Part shown: positions 59,417-64,000 of the stretch, in pieces | Layout: every line of letters starts with the position of its first letter | How positions within the stretch are numbered: position 1 is the stretch's first letter | NCBI GenBank assembly: GCA_951406725.2 | Contig: OX597824.1 | Span: 18,042,001 to 18,106,000, forward strand | Direction: 5' to 3' | DNA: 64,000 bases | Origin: Octopus vulgaris | Taxonomy: Eukaryota | The notes under the pieces: model-generated | The model's database searches: none | What the model was told of the DNA's origin: nothing | The model's input: only the letters and a program-made list of their open reading frames with translations | Made by a program: the position numbers and the translations under genes

Positions 59417-60104
59417 GATATATAAAATCAATGAACATATTGCTATGGAGTTTCCTCGTTTGAGTGACTTGAGAGAATTCTGTCGTTAGAACCAACGTTT
59501 CATTGTTGAAGCCGATCCACAGTATTTCTTATATAAACTATGAAATATATTGTCGAATTACTTTATGTCTGGATGTTTTAACTGCGAACAAACATCGTAA
59601 AATACCCCCGACTTTTTTTGCGACACTTACACACATAGTTGTTCGTATTGATGTTGTGGTATACTGAGTTTCATGATAAAAGATTATGCTGAATCTCAAG
59701 CGATGTTTCGCGGCCATTTACTATTAACGGCAGTAAAATAAACGCCATCATAATAGAACAAAATTACAAGAAGAGAAACCGATGATATATCTGATGCGGC
59801 TTTTCGCTTAGCCGTACACACTGTTTGACATGAAAATGTATTTGTACTGTCTGAAAACTGTCACTGAAAACCATTTGCAACAAAAAAAAAATATCTAAAA
59901 TATGGTACCCAAATTACAAGTTCGTATGAAGTTTGGGCTATAATACGCCAGGGCGGAACGTAATTCCTCCTTTATACATTTTCTTGGCAGTCATCATTGT
60001 AATGAATAGTTTGACCAAATTTTTCAACCATATGTTAACTTTTTTTTCTGTAGTTTCAGCTCAGAGCTGCGGCCATGCCGATGCACCGCCGTTTTGCTAC
60101 TGTT

Positions 60105-60375
60105 ATTACTGAGAGCTTCCTCCAATATGTGGCACTTGGTGAAGAATGGAGTTTGATGTAGCTACCCTCATTTGCATCTCTTGTTGCGAGGTAGGTTCAT
60201 CTGGGACTCTCGACAGGAAAAGGTCCAGCTTTGATTTTAAAACGCCTGCATCTACTTTGTGCAGGTCCCTTAGGATCTTTGGGAGAATATTAAAAAGCTG
60301 TGGGCCCTCGAAACCCAGGCTGTTGTAGTAACTGGTCCTGAAGCGCGATGGCGTTGCTGGGATCTTCTTAATATC
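60105..60375 (-). mobile_element. CR1/L2-group LINE ORF2 C-terminal fragment
   Basis: Minus strand IKKIPATPSRFRTSYYNSLGFEGPQLFNILPKILRDLHKVDAGVLKSKLDLFLSRVPDEP, homologous to the 49200-49400 peptide. Confidence 0.8.
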
Positions 60376-61024
60376 ATAAGTGCATAATTTACAGGGCGCA
60401 TAAATTGCAAATTTGTGTTATACTGATGGATACATGGACGGTTCTATGTATGTTTTGACAAATTGTATTGAGGTTTATGATCAACTGAACTCTCTATTTG
60501 TATAGTGTGCAAGTGGCTAGGTATCCCATGTTCTTTTAAGTAAATTTCTATACTTTTAAGTAAATTTCAAGTACATTCAACACGGCACAGTGTGTAACGA
60601 AGCTGACGGATTCTGAACAGTTTCCGATTAAGTGAACCCGTTATTATATAAAATGACTGACATCTACAAATTGGTTTAATCATCAACTTCGGAATACAGC
60701 GCAAGTATAAAGTAAAGCAGAATTTGTTTGGTTCTTCATTCACATACGAAACAAACCAAGTCAAACCGATTTTCGCATCGAAAATTGAAAGATCTACAAA
60801 TGAGGAAAATGTTGAGTATTATATTCGAGATGAATTACTAATGTGCGCTATTTAATTACTGGACCAACAAAAGAATTTAGTAATATATAGACAGAAGCAG
60901 ACAGACACACCCCATTCAGATTATGGGCCCTTGTTAGCCAAGTCTGAATATAACGGCTTAAGAACAATAGTATGCTCCACATATTTGCATAAAAGTGAGT
61001 GTTTGTCAATGTGTGCTGACGTCA

Positions 61025-61245
61025 CGGCGGTGAGCTGGCTGAAATGGTAGCACGCCGGGCGAAGTGCTTAGCAGTATTTTGTCGGTCCTTACGTTCTGAG
61101 TTCAAATTTCGCCGAGGTCGACTTTTGGCTTTCATCCTTTCGGGGTCGATAAATTAAGTACCGGTTGCGTACTGGGGTCAATTTAATCGACTGGGTCCCT
61201 CCGCAAAAATTTCCCGGAAAAAGGCCTGAAATTTTGGGGGAGGGA
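61025..61245 (+). mobile_element. SINE family A variant
   Basis: Head, B box and Deu/Nin-like core. Confidence 0.85.
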
Positions 61246-61388
61246 CCCAGAAGAGGGAGAGAAGAAAAGAATATGTACTGGCATCTATTGGTTTATATTC
61301 TCGTTATGTATGTATGTACATATTTGTCTATATATATATATATCTATATATGTGGGTGAATGTTTATGTATATATAAATGTATAATTA

Positions 61389-61495
<107 letters not shown>

Positions 61496-61683
61496 TAAGC
61501 AATAGAGGGTTTAGCAACGAATTGCCTTACCACAGACCGAATTTAGAAATAGCAGTCAAAGAGTTATAGCTATTTCTTCTACTAAAAAGGGGAGATCTCA
61601 GTAAAAACACAGCAATTGGAAGGCAGACACAAACAGGTAAGAGAGAATGAATTGACGGCAATCTATCATACAATTTTAAGTTA

Positions 61684-61783
61684 TCTACGGACGCACGTTT
61701 CGAAATCAAGTTTTTAGGAAAGCATAAGAATTAAATATTAAATAATTCTACGTTACCCAAACTTCTTTTCTCTTCAGCGTAGA
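61684..61783 (-). ncRNA. Type I hammerhead ribozyme (left-arm copy)
   Basis: Reverse complement of the 62553-62652 copy with one helix II substitution; GUC cleavage triplet at 61692-61690. Confidence 0.85.
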
Positions 61784-62552
61784 ATACTATAATCATAAAT
61801 GATTATATATTGAATTTTGAGATACTAGAAGGCACCAACTCAACTCAGTATCAGAGCGAGCTAGAATCCGCAACTAGTATCACCAAACTCAAAGTGTGAA
61901 TGAAAGGATTGTGTCACCAGCCCCTTCCCACCCGCGTGTAGCCAAAACAAGATGCTATGGTCATCTACTGAGATAAAATATGGTTATCCGTAATAATGAA
62001 GGGTGAAATTAATTAATTTGGAATAATTATCAATTACACCAAGTAGTCTTCGGCATGTAAAAGCCTCATTCGAGGAAAATTTAAGTAATACTAAGCAATA
62101 AAGGGTTTAGCAACGAATTGCCTTACCACAGACCGAATTTAGAAATAGCAGTCAAAGAGTTATAGCTATTTCTTCTACTAAAAAGGGAGATCTCAGTAAA
62201 AAACACAGCAATTGGAAGGCAGACACAAACAGGTAAGAGAGAATGAATTGACGGCAATCTATCATACAATTTTAAGTTATCTACGGACGCACGTTTCGAA
62301 AATTGATAATTATTCCAAATTAATTAATTTCACCCTTCATTATTACGGATAACCATATTTTATCTCAGTAGATGACCATAGCATCTTGTTTTGGCTACAC
62401 GCGGGTGGGAAGGGGCTGGTGACACAATCCTTTCATTCACACTTTGAGTTTGGTGATACTATTTGCGGATTCTAGCTCGCTCTGATACTGAGTTGAGTTG
62501 GTGCCTTCTAGTATCTCAAAATTCAATATATAATCATTTATGATTATAGTAT

Positions 62553-62652
62553 TCTACGCTGAAGAGAAAAGAAGTTTGGGAAACGTAGAATTATTTAATA
62601 TTTAATTCTTATGCTTTCCTAAAAACTTGATTTCGAAACGTGCGTCCGTAGA
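62553..62652 (+). ncRNA. Type I hammerhead ribozyme with extended helix II
   Basis: Helix I TCTACG (62553-58)/CGTAGA (62647-52); core CTGAAGA (62559-65); ~69-nt helix II hairpin gaaa..aagttt.gggaaa..gaatt / aattc..tttcct.aaactt..tttc; GAAA (62635-38); helix III AC-GTGC-GT; GTC cleavage after 62646. Confidence 0.88.
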
Positions 62653-63071
62653 TAACTTAAAATTGTATGATAGATTGCCGTCAATTCATTCTCTCTTACC
62701 TGTTTGTGTCTGCCTTCCAATTGCTGTGTTTTTTACTGAGATCTCCTTTTTAGTAGAAGAAATAGCTATAACTCTTTGACTGCTATTTCTAAATTCGGTC
62801 TGTGGTAAGGCAATTCGTTGCTAAACCCTTTATTGCTTAGTATTACTTAAATTTTCCTCGAATGAGGCTTTTACATGCCGAAGACTACTTGGTGTAATTG
62901 ATAATTATTCCAAATTAATTAATTTCACCCTTCATTATTACGGATAACTATATATATATATATATATATATATACTTTCTTCGGTTAATACTTTGCCAGA
63001 GACGTCATGGATAATAGGGAATAATAGGTCGTCTTGTAGTGTGACAATGCTGATATTTGCCATAGCTGAAT

Positions 63072-63456
63072 ATTCTTTCCTACTCTAGGCACAAGGACCG
63101 AAACATTTAGGGAAATGGCCAATCGATTAGATCGACCGCAGGACGCAACTGGTACTTAATTTATCGACCCCGAAAGGACGAAAGTTAAAGTCGACCTCGG
63201 TGGCATTTTAATTCAGAACGTAAAGACACAAAATACCCGTTTCTTTATTACCCACAAGGGACTAAACATAGAGGGGACAAACAAGGACAGACAAACGGAT
63301 TAAGTCGATTATATCGACCCCAGTGCGTAAATGGTACTTAATTTATTGACCTCGAAAGGATGAAAGGCGGAATTTGAACTCACAACGTAACGGCAGACGA
63401 AATACCACTAAGCATTTCACCCCGGCGTGCTAACGTTTCTGCCAGCTCATCGCCTT
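63072..63456 (-). mobile_element. SINE family A dimer with two different tails, degenerate TSD
   Basis: TSD ttgccatagctgaatatt (63057-63074) versus ttgccacagccaaatatt (63455-63472); unit junction near 63238. Confidence 0.88.
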
Positions 63457-64000
63457 GCCACAGCCAAATATTGCATTGTCTTTACTAAACGATTTGTGGT
63501 TTAATAACAGAAGTGTATGTTTTCCTTTATCACCGGTACTATATTTCTAGGTATGCTTCCTCTTTCTCGCAGATGCTGTTATTGTTTTTTTATTCCCTTT
63601 TCATTCAAAATGGAGTCCATCCAGTCATTCTCAATTAATTAATGCAGGCTGAATTTTATACCATGTGAAAGAAGAGAAATAAATGAGTGGTAGACGTAGC
63701 ACTTGTTGGGAGACAATTCATACACACACATAGACACAGACACGCACACTCACTCATATATTGTTTTTATTTTGTTAAACAAAAATCATGCATACAGTTG
63801 CTAAAAAGCACATTTGATAGATCTTCGTTGAGTCTCATATATTTTTATCAATTGTAACTGAAATAGGACTGACTGTCACTCGTGCTTAATGTGAGCTGTA
63901 CTTAGTCTAAGCAATGCAATGTTCTGTAAATACAGCTGCTGTGTACAGTCAACTTCAATATGTTTTGCAAACAATTTGCACTTGCAAGTGCTACCAGTCG

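Overview
Eukaryotic, AT-rich, repeat-dense and almost entirely non-coding DNA. The SINE families and very high (TA)n/(ATT)n/(CAT)n density suggest an octopus (coleoid cephalopod) intron or intergenic region; this is inferred, not searched. Nearly all ORFs in the supplied track are microsatellite artefacts. The window holds four or more tRNA-derived SINE families (many as multimers inside one target-site duplication), RTE, R4/Dong and CR1-like LINE fragments, and two internally deleted mariner elements. A few phase-1 candidate exons of an unidentified + strand host gene lie at about 3.25 kb and 13.0-13.5 kb. The stand-out feature is at 61.5-62.95 kb: a young, non-coding, highly structured ~595-bp unit carrying a complete type I hammerhead ribozyme with an unusually long helix II. 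It occurs as two divergent, circularly permuted, longer-than-unit copies inserted in (TA)n, as expected for a retrozyme/Penelope-dependent circular-RNA element. Degenerate hammerhead-like motifs and a 309-bp palindrome elsewhere suggest further Penelope-type families.
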